Origin: Eledone cirrhosa
Taxonomy: Eukaryota
Assembly: GCA_964016885.1 (NCBI GenBank)
Contig: OZ024744.1
Coordinates: 42,842,001 to 42,906,000 of the forward strand
Length of the DNA: 64,000 nt
Direction: 5' to 3'
The position numbers and the translations under genes were made by a program. Shown here one piece after another: positions 12,751 to 25,859 of the stretch (positions within the stretch are counted from its first letter, which is position 1; every line of letters starts with the position of its first letter). The notes beneath the pieces were generated by a model. It searched no databases. It was not told the DNA's origin and was given only the letters and a program-made list of their open reading frames with translations.

Positions 12751-14058
12751 ATGGCTGAACTAGAGTTGAAATTCCAAACATGGAAGCATGGCCTAGAATC
12801 AAAAGGCCTTAAAGTTAACTTGTCTAAGAGTAAAGTTCTAGTTTGTAGAAAGGAAAATAGGGCACAGGTGCCCTCTGGGAAATGGCCATGCTCAATGTGT
12901 AGGAAAGGAGTAGGTAGAAATTCCATTTTATGTCCCAAATGCAAACTATGGGTACATAAAAGATGTAGTGGGATCACAGGTAAGCTATCTAAGAACGTAG
13001 ATTTTATATGTGGCCGATGCTCAGGTTCAATAAGTAGCAAGTGCCCACAGGATACTAGCTCCTTCTATTGCCCAGATGGTTCTATAGAAATAGTGGACAC
13101 TTTCTGTTACCTGGGTGACAAAATCAGCAGTGGTGGAGGGTGCTCTGAAAGTACAGTAGCCAGAGTTAGAACGGGATGGAAAAAGTTCAGAGAGCTTATA
13201 CTGCTGTTGGCCACAAAAGGTTTCTTTCTAAAAATGAAAGGCAGATTGTATGATGCCTGCATACGAACAACAATATTATATGGCAGTGAGGCAAGGGCAT
13301 TGTGTGCAGTGGATCTGCGCAGACTGGAAAGGAACGAAGCATGCATGCTCCATTGGATGTGTAACAGCTAAACATAAATGAACTAAGTGAGAAATTAGGA
13401 ATAAGAGGGATCAGATGCCGTTTACTTGAGAGAAGATTAGGTTGGTATGGTTATGTGATGCGCATGAAAGACAACAGCCATATACAAAATTGCAGCGTGA
13501 TCAAAATTGATGGAAGTTATGGAGTAGTAGACCCAGAAAAACCTAGGAACTTAATAAATTCCGACCTTGCACACTTACACCTCTCTAAGACAATGTCACT
13601 GGATTGAGATCTTTGGCGCCACTCAGTAATACAGAAGACCCTCCTTTCCTACGTGAAGAGTTAACCTACAGTCAGTAGGTCCCTCCAAACCAAACATACG
13701 CCCAAACCCACTACCCCTACTCCATGCTTCCACTCCTGCCAAAACCACCCTTTCTCTATAAAGTTACGTTGGTACCACAACATCCAGTCCAAACTAATGA
13801 GGTTTTGTAGGTGTCACGACAAAAAAAACAAAAAAACACATTCCACTTTGTAATGTGGTCGTGTAGGTAACACGGTAAAAAGCTACCAGTCCACTGTAAA
13901 TGTGGTTGGTGTTAGGAAGGGTATCCAGCCGTAGAAAACCTGCCAGATAGTCCTATACGAGCGAGACTTGGTCACCCAACCAATCTTTCCTCAAGTGGGA
14001 CAATTCCCTTCTAACCAATGCTAGCGTGGAAGATAGATGTTAAACGATGATGATGCTG
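12751..14058 (+). mobile_element. 5'-truncated RTE LINE with PHD-like finger
   Basis: ORF 12751-13371 with KGLKVNLSKSKV, GKWPCSMC...CGRC, VDTFCYLGD; 3' UTR and gatgatgatg tail. Confidence 0.92.
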
Positions 14059-14111
14059 ATAGAATCATTTACCTCTCTTCCTTGATTAGTTTGCCTACTT
14101 TATATATATAT

Positions 14112-14304
14112 ATATAAGATCAAAAGATGGTTAAAGGAGTTCCATGTATTTTATTATGCGCATTTCAAAAACAAACATCATCATGCAATAATATTTGTGT
14201 TTTCATCAGATAATTATTGCATGATTATTGCATGATGATGTTTGTTTTTGAAATGCGCATAATAAAATACATGGAACTCCTTTAACCATCTTTTGATCTT
14301 ATAT
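14112..14304. repeat. Perfect 81-bp inverted repeat with 31-bp spacer
   Basis: 14112-14192 is the exact reverse complement of 14224-14304. Confidence 0.95.
14151..14213 (-). ncRNA. Minimal type I hammerhead ribozyme (Penelope-type)
   Basis: Minus strand reads TTAT-CTGATGA-aaacacaaatattatt gcat gatgatgtttgttttt-GAAA-TGCGCA-TA-ATAA: intact core, long stem II, palindromic stem III, 4-bp stem I. Confidence 0.65.
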
Positions 14305-14332
14305 TATGTATACTCCAGTCCTACAAACTGTA

Positions 14333-14690
14333 GAGTGCTTGCAGTCAAAAGGTTGTGAGTTCAATTCTCAGACTGGGTGAAGTTGTTTCCTTGAGCAAGA
14401 CACTTTATTTCACATTGTTCCAGTTTACTCAGCTGTAGAAATGAGATGATAGGACTGGGGTCCCTATCATTCCACTGCAAAGTGGTCGTGGAGGTGCCAC
14501 GGCAAAAAAGGACCCAGCCCACACTATAAAGTGGACGTGTAGGCGCCACGGCAAAAAAGCACCCAGCACTCACTGTAAATAAGGTTGGTGTTAGGAAGGG
14601 CATCCAGCTGTAGAAATCAAGCCAGAATCAGTTCCCGTCCCACCCTTGCAAGCAGGGAAAAGCGGACATAAAATGAAAAGATGATGATGA
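14333..14690 (+). mobile_element. tRNA-derived SINE with RTE-derived 3' end
   Basis: B-box-like gagttcaattc, ccttgagcaagacactttatttcac core, RTE 3' UTR motif, gatgatgatga tail; matches 19325-19757. Confidence 0.8.
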
Positions 14691-14789
14691 TATATAAATG
14701 TGTATCTATATATATATATATGCATCGTTTTCCTATGCATGTGGTATAAATATCTATGAAATATACTGGATTATAACCACAACCTAAAG

Positions 14790-15720
14790 GCTGTCTTGAC
14801 ATTTGAAGACTTTTGAAAAGCATTCGACAGCATCCACCGAGGACGAATGCTCCAGATCCTGAGAGCATATGATGTGCCTGAAAAGATAGTTCAAGCTATA
14901 CGTCTGATGTACGAGGGTACTCGAGCTCACGTATTGACGCTGGACGGAAACACTGATTACTTTGAGATTCTCGCAGGTGTTCTCCAAGGTGACACGCTTA
15001 CACCCTATTTGCAATTGTCGTCGATTATGCAATGAGACAGACCATTCATGGGAAGGAAGAAGACTTGGGTTTCAAATTGGATCGAAGGAGAAGCTGTCGT
15101 CATCATCCAAAAGTTGTCACTGACAGACTTCGCTGATGACATTGCCTTGATCACAGAGGAAATCAGCCAAGCTCAAGCACTGCTCACACGTGTCGAGGTT
15201 GAATCAGGTAAAATAGGACTGCATCTCAATGCAAAGAAGACCGATATCATGCACTACAATCAGGTTGATTCAGCTCCAGTTCTTGCTAAGGATGGTACAA
15301 CAATCAAAACAGTTAAGAGCTTTAAGGTCCATGGGTGCACAGCTCACGCAAAGACTTTGAAGTTAGAAAAGCATTAGCATGGTCGGTGTGCCACAAGCTA
15401 CTGAAGGTGTGGAAGTCTGACTTAAACCACAAAATCAAGGAGCACCTCTTCCTGGCAACTGTTGAATCCATCCTGCTTTACGGCAGCGAAATGTGGACTA
15501 TTGAGAAAGTGCTGTGCAAGAGACTTGACGGATGTTACACGAGGATGTTGAGAATGGCTCTCAACATTTCTTGGAAACAGAGGCTGACAAATAAAGAACT
15601 ATACAGATCACTACCACCAGTCTTAAAAAAAGTTGCCTGCAGATGAATGAAACTGGCTGGGCACTGCATTCGTCATCCAGAAGAGATAGCATCACAATTT
15701 GTGCTCTGGAAACTGGCCTG
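14790..15720 (+). mobile_element. RTE-clade LINE RT fragment, second family
   Basis: AGVLQGDTLTPYL, DFADDIALI, VESILLYGSEMW, LDGCYTRMLRMALNISW; no Cys-rich insert. Confidence 0.85.
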
Positions 15721-15869
15721 AGGTTTATCTGTAATGTAAGCCTTGACATTATCTCTCGCTCTCTCTTTCTCTGTCTAGTTCATCTGGTCATATTTGTTTA
15801 TCTTTCGTTTTCCCGTTGGAAATATTTGTTCGAAGGTCTATTTTAGACTGATTTCGTTCTGTTCATATT

Positions 15870-17140
15870 TATTGCTACCATGAACGTAGGCACTTTGAAG
15901 GGTCGATCAAATGAGGTTGTAGAGATGCTTGAATGTAAGGAAGTTGATGTTTGCCATGTTCAAGTAGGAATTATGTTAGCAGAAAAATGGGTAGATAAGG
16001 TAATTTCTGTAAATAGAGTGAACGACAATAATTAAAATAAGACTAGTTCTAAATAGAACAACTGTGTCAATAATATCTGCTTATGCACCCCAATCTGGCC
16101 TACCTGACGTTATAAAAGACAGGTTCTATGAGTCGCTAATGCTCACTACCGCACAAATAACCGATAGTGACTACATAATTATTGCTGGCGACTTTAATGG
16201 GTATGTTGGACAACATTGTGATGGTTATGATGGAATCCATGGGGGTTAATGGGCTTGAGGAAGGTTTCAGGATCCTGGAATTCTGTGATGTTAATAACCT
16301 AACTATCTGTTACACAAACTTCAAAAAGCGAAACAATCACTTGATCACATATAGATCAAAGGAGAACACCAGCCAGATAGATTTTATCCTTACTAGAAGA
16401 CGAGACAGAGTGTCTGTTGTAAACACTAAGTCCCTTCCTGGTGAAGAATGCACCTCCAAACATAGCCTAATAGTTAGTGACCATAGTCAGGGCTAGACAA
16501 ACTCGACGACAGAGGACAACCTTGAGGGGAAGAATGTGGAAGTTGAAGGACCCCACTGCCAGTAACAAATTTAAAGGTATATAAATTGATGCTTTTGACA
16601 GTAAGGAAAAACAATTAGAGACGTACAATATAGAGGAACAGTGGGAATTCCTGAAAGTTAACCTGCTGAAGGAAGCAGATGAAATCTGTGGCTGGAGCAG
16701 ATCTTTAGGGAGGAGGAGAGTGACTTGGTGGTGGAATAGTAAGGTGGAGGAGACAATTAAGGCCTAAAGATGGGTTTGGAAAGGATGGCAGGATGGGGAA
16801 GTAGAGAACACTATTAGGTGGCTAGGAGAGAAGCTAGGTGACAAGTGTACTTTGCAAGAAGGGAAGCAGAGGATAGAAAGTTCAAGCATGTTCTACAACA
16901 TGAGGACCAAAAAACGTGAGGTGTTCAGGATTGCGAGGGAATGTGTCAAGGAAAATTGTGATATTATCGGGGAGAAGTGAGCCCGTAATGATGATGGTGT
17001 ACTTGCCCTCACTGATACTGATAAGAAGGTAGCTTGGAAGTGCAATACGAGAGACTACTAAATGAAGAGAATGAATGGGATAAAGATAGTTTGCCCCAAG
17101 TTGATCCAACAGAGGGACCAGCTGTGCAAAATAACAAATT
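15870..17140 (+). mobile_element. RTE LINE AP-endonuclease and linker fragment
   Basis: TMNVGTL, IISAYAPQ, IIAGDFNG, SQIDFIL motifs. Confidence 0.85.
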
Positions 17141-17539
17141 GGGTGTTCAGCAACTTTTGGACATAAGTCTACATGTGAGAACACGTATCTGAAGCACTTC
17201 CAATTCCAGTGTTAGGATGAACATAATTGGATCATTCCTCAAGCTGATCAGCAGTGAAACATATGTAATATGTAATTAGATATGTATATGATGCAATACG
17301 GATTTTTTGTTCCCTATTTATTATTATTGATACTCTGCATCGAGTGCTCATCTTGGTATACCGCCTGTGAATGCAATCCAATTGCACCTCTACTACTACA
17401 CACACATACACACACATAAAAACTGTCTTCTCAGCTCCCATCCCAAACCATTTTCATCCTATGTGCACCACAACCAAACCTCCTCCTCTCTTTCCCCCCT
17501 GACCACTTCTTCTCTGGCCACTTACTGAAACATCATTAC

Positions 17540-17988
17540 TCCAAGACACTTACAAAAATCATCTGGACATGCACATGTATATTCCTATATACACGCACTC
17601 ACAGTCAGACATACACATACATACCCATACATGAACATACTCACACACAAACAATACAAAAAAGTTAGACACATACGTGGAGATACACATACACACATCC
17701 ATGGATAAACATATGCACACACTTATACACAAATATAAACGTATACGTATGCGTATACACACAAAAAACTACACAAAAATCCCACACATAAACATACATA
17801 CATCTTTGCTCGCATAAAAGTTCAAAAGAATTCCAACACACAAACAATATAAAAATGTCACACACACATGTGGCAATACACATACACACACTCATACATA
17901 AGCATACACACATACTCACACAAAAACATACACATATGCACCCCCCCACACACACACATGCTCATACACACACACACTTGTGTACAAC
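17540..17988. repeat. Degenerate (CA)n-rich microsatellite
   Basis: Visible CA/TA runs. Confidence 0.85.
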
Positions 17989-18760
17989 CATCATCATCAT
18001 TGCTGGGAGGCAAGTCTGGCCTGGGTTGGCCATGTTGCACCTTGCTCCGGCGTGGACTATAAATTTGGCTGGGTATTTTACAGCTGGATGCCCTTCCTAA
18101 CACCAAACACGTGTGAGGAGGGACAGGTCAGCTGGCCAGCCGAACCCGTCTCACAATGGAACCATATTTTTAGAGCCCAGCCCATCACACAGTGGGAACC
18201 ATAGTTTTGGAGCCCAAGTACTGGATGGCACTGCTATCAGAAAGGACAGGCCAGTTGGCCATGTTGAATCCATCTCACAGCGGAATCACAGATTTGGAGC
18301 CAGCACTAGTGACACCATTATGAGATGGGACAGGCCAGTTGGCTGCGCCCAACCCCTCGCACAGCGGCACACCAGTTTTGGAGTTGGGCATTCTCCATGC
18401 ATCGGACACTTCTCAATTCGAAACCAGATAACCACATGTGACTCCACCACATGACGATCCTGTCTCAGTATGAAGCCACCTTTTATGGGAAACTGGCGTT
18501 GGATGGTACCACTATGCGAAGAGGTCAGTTGGAACCCAGTACTGGATGGCACCATTATGAGTAGCCTAACCCGACTAACACTGTAGCCATAGATTTGTGG
18601 CCCAGTATGGGATGGCACCAACATCAGGAGAGACAGCTCATCTGGCTGTGCCAAACCCACCACACAGAGTAACCATAGTTGAGGGGCCCAATACTGATGC
18701 TGCTATGAGAAAGGACAAGTGCGGGACCGCAGTATGGGAGCCTGGGTCGCAGCAGGAACA
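17989..18760 (-). mobile_element. Non-autonomous RTE-tailed element with degenerate ~83-bp internal repeats
   Basis: (CAT)n tail and gctggatgcccttcctaacaccaa motif, then repeats starting ggacagg.cag.tggc at ~18121, 18244, 18328, 18632. Confidence 0.55.
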
Positions 18761-19324
18761 CATATATACACACACACACATATACATATATATATATCTC
18801 ATCATCACCGTTTAATGTCCATTTTTCCATGGGTCAGACGTCAGACGTGTCCTCCGCGTCAAGAGACAAGTCTGGCCAGGATTGACCATGCCGTTCCTTG
18901 CTCTGACGAAACTAATTTTGGATGGGATTTTTATAGCTGGATATATATAAATATATATATATATATATGTATGTGTGTGGTTGGGATTGATGCTATATTT
19001 CAAATAGTTTATTAATTAACTTACCTGAGATATTGGCTGTGTACCATCATAAGGAAACATAGTTTGACCATATTCCGAGAACTACTGCCATTATACTTCA
19101 TGAGGTTTAGCGCCATTGCTGCACACAAAAAATAAAAAAAAAACAAAGAATTCAGACTCTCAAAAACAATATAAAAAAACTCAGGCATACACATGTACAC
19201 ACACACACACTGACAGAAGAAATAATGCACACCCATGAAATGCATCCCATCTCCATTCACATAACACCCATGACCACCTTGGCCCCTACTCCTAAATGCC
19301 AGACCACTCACCTACCACACTGCC

Positions 19325-19757
19325 ATCATCATCATTTTACGTCCGCTTTTCCCTGCTTGCAAGGGTGGGACGAGAACTGATTCTGGCTTTTTTTCTACAG
19401 CTGGATGCCCTTCCTAACACCAACCTCATTTACAGTGAGTGCTGGGTGCTTTTTTTCCATGGCACCTACACATCCACTTTACAGTGTGGGCTGGGTGCTT
19501 TTTTGCCGTGGCGCCTCCACATCCACTTTACAGTGTGGGCTGGGTGCTTTTTTGCCGTGGCACCTCCACGACCACTTTACAGTGGAATGAAAGGGGCCCA
19601 AGTCCCTATCATCTCATTTCTACAGCTGAGTAAACTGGAGCAATGTGAAATAAAATGTCTTGCTCAAGGAAACAACACATCACCCGGTCTGAGAATTGAA
19701 CTCACAACCTTTCGATTGCAAGGCCAATGCTCTAACCACTAAGCCATGTGCCTCCAT
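19325..19757 (-). mobile_element. Full-length tRNA-derived SINE with RTE 3' end
   Basis: Minus strand reads ggaggcacatggcttagtggttagagc (A box)...gagttcaattctc (B box), core, ~47-bp repeats, RTE motif, (GAT)n. Confidence 0.85.
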
Positions 19758-19802
19758 GCTAACCTTCTTAAAAACATTTTCTAAACCCTGATGTTCCATC
19801 TG

Positions 19803-19803
19803 T

Positions 19804-19894
<91 letters not shown>
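19803..19894. repeat. (CT)n microsatellite
   Basis: Long pure CT run. Confidence 0.98.
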
Positions 19895-19898
<4 letters not shown>

Positions 19899-20677
19899 CT
19901 GAAAAAGGACTTATGTCCGAATTGCCTCTACTTTCTCATAAGTGTAATACTAATGAGGCTGTTCTTGCATCCCTGTGATTGTGTTGACATTCCTTTAACT
20001 ATATATATATATGCATAATGTGTGTATGTATATGTATGTATGTGCATGTATGTATGAATACGTTTATGTTTTTATATATGTGTGTGTGTATAATCCCCTC
20101 ATGTTATTAAAGCTCGATGTATTATTTAGGTCAAATCCTGTAAGTCACAAAATCCAGAGTGTATGATACTAGTAGTTGAAGACAGGAAAAATCACAGAGC
20201 ATAAATATTTCAGAGGAAGTAACTAAAGGCTTCACTCAGTTAAAACCATTTATTTCAATAAACGTTTCGATTAAGAGAGATATAATAGCAATTAACTTAA
20301 TTAATTATTCACTTAATTATATCAATGATACAAACATCTCTCAGAATCTCATTAGGAAACAGACTTATTTAGATGAGTAACTTGGTCCCATTATGTTATT
20401 GCACAACCAAGCATTCGAGAAGAAAAAGACACACAAGAAAAAGAAAAGAAAGACAACCTAGGTCAGGTACATGTTGAAAGGCACATAAATTTAAGCATTG
20501 TGGAGGAAGTAAGTTATGCAGTGAAATGAAAAATTGCTAAAGAGCACAAGTTTAGACAGAGAGACAAGTCACAATGTAAACCGAGAACAAAGATATTTAA
20601 GTTATGTTTGTTGTTATTCATTATGGTATTAGGTGTATTTAGTGAGAAACCCTTGCTAGCAGGGAAAGCAATATTAA

Positions 20678-20832
20678 CCTTTTAGCATTTACATTACTCT
20701 ATATATACTATTGTATTTTTGTGGTAAAGGCTTTACCTCACATAATTTTCTCACATAATATCGAATCTATGAGATTTTGATATTATTTATTTTGAGAACA
20801 ATACTTTAACATTAGTATGAGTGGCTGGTTAA
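20678..20832 (+). mobile_element. piggyBac-like MITE, 3'-truncated copy
   Basis: TTAA|CCTTTTAGCATTTACATTACTCTATATATAC...; single copy of the 72-bp unit sequence. Confidence 0.8.
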
Positions 20833-21689
20833 AACAACAATGATGATGTCCATGATTCCATATACATGTATACATATAATCATGTATTTACACAAACTCA
20901 TGTGAAAATGAACATCTATATAAACATTTTCTCTTTAAATTCAACCACATATTGATACATAAAAAACAGTGTTAATATAAACACAGGTTAATTAATACTA
21001 GATTACCATATACATTTTCTATATGTAGAAAATGTATAGTCTGTAGATTAAACCAACAGATTAACTGTAAAACTAGGAAGATAGTATATAGCATAAGAAT
21101 ATGGGTGCACACTAGAAAGCATTGAGATAAAAATTATATCCACACAGATGCTCTGACAGATTACTGAAGCAACAAACACAAACAAACTCTGTCCAAAACT
21201 AAGTAGAAAACACAAGTGGAATAGCAACAACCTCACAACTTAGTAACTAAGGACAATATAAAGACATACAGAGACGCAAGAACTAAACTAATAAAATAAA
21301 CAAGACACACACACAGATAGACCAACTAATGACAAGTTGGAAAGAAAAAACAAAAAAAAAAACATTAAAACAATTTAAATAATAAATAAAATGCACACAC
21401 ATACACACACACAAAACCTAGATATAACGCATGCGCAGCCCAGGTACACAGCTCCCCAAAACAAGAGCGTGTAAGACAGAACAAAATGACAACAAAAGTT
21501 TTCATTGAGGAGGCCACAGAATGTGTGACAAAAGAGCTTTGATGACAATCAACAACAACCATCTGGGAAATTATAATAATAAATTGAAGTGAAACCCAAA
21601 GGATGCATGTATTTTTTATTGGCAGCATGACCCTCCCTTGTTTTCAGATGAAAAATCTTGTAATACAAAGATAAGTATATAAATATCTA

Positions 21690-22003
21690 TGTAAAGTAGT
21701 TGTGTAGGTGTCACAACAAAAATCTCTCAGCCCACACTGTAAAGTAGTCGCATAGGAGTCACGACAAAAAGTTCCCAGTTCACACTGTAAAGTGGTCACG
21801 TAGGATCACGACAAAAAGCACGCAGCACATGCTATAAATGTGGTTGGTATTAGGAAGGGCATTGAGCCATAGAAACCTAGCCAGAAACATTTCTGTATGA
21901 GCAAGACACAGTCACCTGATCTGACTTGCCTCAGCTGGGACAACCTGTCTAACCAATGCTAGCGTGGAAAATGGACATGAAACAATGATGATTTTGATGA
22001 TGA
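21690..22003 (+). mobile_element. RTE 3' UTR fragment
   Basis: ~47-bp repeats, ggtattaggaagggcat motif, gatgatga tail. Confidence 0.8.
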
Positions 22004-22369
22004 TATATATTATATTTTAAACATAAAACAATTTATTTCATGAATATGCCAATAAAAATTGGAGCAGTGTTACTCACACGGCTGCTTCACAGTTCAAGTG
22101 CATTAGCCTTGTAGTAATTGCTGAGGGTCTTGACTTGCCACATAGACTTTCAGAAAGAAACACCAACATTCCCTATTGTTGCGTGTAATTGAGCATGTGC
22201 ATGTCTTTTCTCTCATTTTTCTTTTTAAATAATGTTCATTATATAAATATGTAACTGCGCCTGGTTTTATAATATTAAGCTGTTTATTTTAAATCGGCCA
22301 TATCCGGCCAGGATTCTCTCACTTCTTTCTGTTTAAACTGGCCATAACCAGTCCATTGTGTCGATCAGC

Positions 22370-23580
22370 AGTTGAAGGAGATAGCATCAAGTGGGTCCTT
22401 GCTATTTACTGCACCTGAGCACCGGCCATATATAAAATCTACATTCTTAGATAGCTTACCTCTGATCCCAATACATCTTTTATGTACCCATATTTTACAT
22501 TTGGGACTAGAATGGAATTTCTGCCTACTCCTTTCTTACACAGTGAGCATGGCCATTTCCCAGAGGGCACCCGTGCCCTATTTTCCTTTCTACACACTCG
22601 AACCTTAGTCTTAGAAAAGTTAACTCTAAGGCCTTTTGATTCAAAGCCATGCTTCCATGTTTGGAACTTCCTCTCTAGTTCAGCCATAGATTCAGCTATG
22701 AGAGTTAGATCATCTGCATATAGATATTCCCATGGGCAGCCAGTCTTAAACCCCTCTGTTATAGCCTGTAGGACAATAATAAACTGGAGGGGGCTAAGAA
22801 GGGAGCCCTGGTGAACCCCTACTATTAATCTAAATTCTCCAGGTCAACAAAAGCTAAGTAGAGGGGTTTACTGTTAGCTAGGTAATTGCCATACAAGGAA
22901 GAGAGCATCCGTGGTTCTTTTACTTGGCACAAACCCAAACTGCATTTCATCTAGATCAATTTGGTCTATGATCAGTTGAGTAATAACTCTTTCTGTGACT
23001 TTCATGATTTGGTCAACTAATTTAATACCTCTATAGTTTCCTCTATCCAGGGCGTCTCCTTTGTCCTTGTATAGTTGACGACGTTGCTGCTGCTACGCCA
23101 GTCATCTGGTATGACCCCATTCTGTATTATTTGGTTTACTATCCGGGTGACCATAGTATGTCCCATCATTCCAGATGTTTTCAACATTTCAGCAACTATC
23201 CCCGAAGGCCCAGCTGCCTTGCTTGTCTTCATATTTTTGATTGCCTTACTTACTACACTACCATTAACTTGCACAACTGGTCCTTCTATTGGATCGATGT
23301 GGGGCAGACTATCTTTATTCCATTCATTCTCCACATTCAGTAGTCTCTCGTAGTGACACTTCCAAGCTACCTCCTTATCTATATCAGTGATAGCAAGTAC
23401 ACCATCATCATTACAGACACACGTCTCCCCGACAATATCACAGTTCTCCTTGACACATTGCCTGGCAATCCTGAATATCTCACGTCTTTGGTCCTCCTGT
23501 TGTAGAATATGCTTGAACTTACTATCTTCTGCTTCCCTCTTTGCAAGGTATACTTGTTGTCTAGCTTCTCTCCTAGAAGC
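22370..23580 (-). mobile_element. RTE LINE internal fragment (linker, RT, PHD-like finger) with internal deletion
   Basis: KAAGPSGIVAEMLK, IPDDWRSS, HQGSLLSP, YLYADDL, GKWPCSLCKKGVGRNSI. Confidence 0.88.
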
Positions 23581-23959
23581 TGTATATATATAAATACATA
23601 TGTATATTATCATCATCACCATTTAACATGCATTTTAAATGATGATGATGATGTGCATATGTATATATTCTCCATTTTATTTTAACAATATAATTGTCTA
23701 GGAATAATTGTTGTGCTATTAAACAAAATAGATATTTAGGAAGAATTGATACAAGAACATAAAAACATCCCTACAAATCTCCAGAAATCCCCCCCCCCCC
23801 ACACACACCACCACCACTCACCTTAAAGGTCAGCATCCAATTCTTGTCCATGTCATTTGTATTAGTTATGATCATAACTGTCTAGTATTGTAATTTACTC
23901 CACTAGCATCTTTGGAATTGATTGATTATAATCCTATAATTAGTGTATTTCCATATAGA

Positions 23960-24322
23960 TAGCCCACACTGTAAAGTGGTCATGTAGGTGCCACGACAAA
24001 AAGCACCCGGTCCACACTGTAAAGTGGTTATGTAGGTGTCACGACAAAATGCACTCAGTCCACACTGTAAAGTGGTCATGTAGGTGTCACGACAAAATGC
24101 ACTCAGTCCACACTGTAAAGTGGTCATGTAGGTGTCATGACAAAAAGCACCCAGTATACACTGTAAATGAAGTTGACATTAAGAAGGGCATCCAGCTGTA
24201 GAAACCAGGCCAAAATAAGTTCTGTATGAGCAAAACATGGTCACCTAATCTGGCCTATCTCGCAATGGGACAACTCATCTAACCCAAGCTAGCATGGAAA
24301 AATGGACATTAAATGATGATGA
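23960..24322 (+). mobile_element. RTE 3' UTR with ~4.5 copies of a 47-bp repeat
   Basis: cacactgtaaagtggtcatgtaggtgtcacgacaaaa repeated, then the conserved motif and tail. Confidence 0.85.
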
Positions 24323-24618
24323 TATGGATATGTACTATAACTGTATATTTAGTGTATGCAAACATGCCTGTGTAACCTTATGGCAGATATGGGCTCTGTA
24401 ACCCACAGGGAAGGCTCTGTGTCTCTTGGAGGACAGTTACTCCAAATGAATATAAATGCACAGGTTGAGTTAGACATGGGTTCCACAAGCCTTAGCGAAG
24501 GCGACCCATCTTGGAGAGCAATCACTCTGAATAAAAACTGATATTGAGTAGAGAAAGTACTGGTAGACAACTTTTCTATTGCTGGTAGCACGATAAAATA
24601 CTCCCAGTCCACACTTAA

Positions 24619-24835
24619 CCCTTTAGCATTTAAACTGGCTGTATCCAGCCAGAATTCTCTTACCTCTTTCTGTTCAACTGGCTATAACCTGCCTCTCATA
24701 CTGATGTTAAGGTATTGTTCTCAAAATATATATCAAAATCTCATAGATTCAAAATTGTGTGAGATAATTATGTGAGGTAAAGCCTTTACTATGAAAATAC
24801 AATAGTATATATAGAGTAATGTAAATGCTAAAGGC
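24619..24835 (-). mobile_element. piggyBac-like MITE (uninterrupted, 217 bp)
   Basis: TTAA at 24615-18 and 24836-39; TIR CCCTTTAGCATTTA / TAAATGCTAAAGGC. Confidence 0.9.
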
Positions 24836-25318
24836 TTAATATTTGTTTTGATAGAAAGGACATCTAGCCAGAAAAAAAACAAAAACATGTCAATATTATT
24901 ACAAGCTCAACTTGGAATATAAACACCAACTGTTATGAAATTAAAAGCCAAACTAATTAGTCAAATTAAATGAGATGCCATTTGTTTGTGTGCCAGGAAG
25001 GAGTACCACAGATACCTTCTTCTTAGTGAGACAAGTTCCTAGCTGTTGTGATCTGAAGAGATATGCAGGTAAACGTTCAAGTCGAGGCCAGGTGATGATT
25101 GGATGTCTACGTAAGCATTAATATATATGTATGCAAAAAGTAAACGTAAACAACAAAGCAAACTATTCAGTACAATGAAGAAATATATATATACACATTC
25201 TTGTACTACCTGGTTTACTATACTAGTGACTAGCCTGTGTCCTGCTGCACTGAATAATTTAGCCATTTCTACAATAATCCCCAAAGAGCAGCTACCTTCC
25301 CTATTTTCATTTCCTTAA

Positions 25319-25526
25319 CCCTTTAACATTTAAACCAGCCGTATCCAGCCAGAATTCTCTCACCTCTTTCTGTTCAAACTGGCTGCAACCGACCACTCAT
25401 ACTGATGTTAAGGTATTGTTCTCAAAATAAATAATATCAAAATTTTATAGATTTTATATTATGTGAGATAAAGTGTTTACTTTGAAAATACAATAGTAAA
25501 TATAGAGTAATGTAAATTCTAAAGGG
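25319..25526 (-). mobile_element. piggyBac-like MITE (uninterrupted, 208 bp)
   Basis: TTAA at 25315-18 and 25527-30; CCCTTTAACATTTA / TAAATTCTAAAGGG termini. Confidence 0.9.
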
Positions 25527-25859
25527 TTAAACAGTTTATCTACCATATTACTGTCTACTATGATGGTTGACCCCTCAGCTCAGTCTATTTGAGATAGACC
25601 AAACTCTTTCATAATTTAAACAGTAATGAATATTACGTGTTCTGTTTGCTTTTCAAAAGCATGCTATTATTTTTATTTTTATTTTCTATTCTTCTGAATG
25701 TGTTAAGTATATTTTTCCCTGAAGAAATGAAGATTTTTGCTTGAGTGCCATTTAAATTCTATATTCTGGCACTACATTTATCTCCATAGAAACAAATGTA
25801 GAAGTTAAAGATGGAATTTGAATAACAACTATGGTTTTCGTTTTGTATTAACCCTTTAT

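Noticed and set aside
19680-19757. tRNA gene
   Set aside because: A and B boxes continue into a SINE core and tail; no complete cloverleaf or terminator.
24349-24612. Non-repetitive-looking short ORFs
   Set aside because: No domain or convincing splice pair; resembles a degraded LINE leader.
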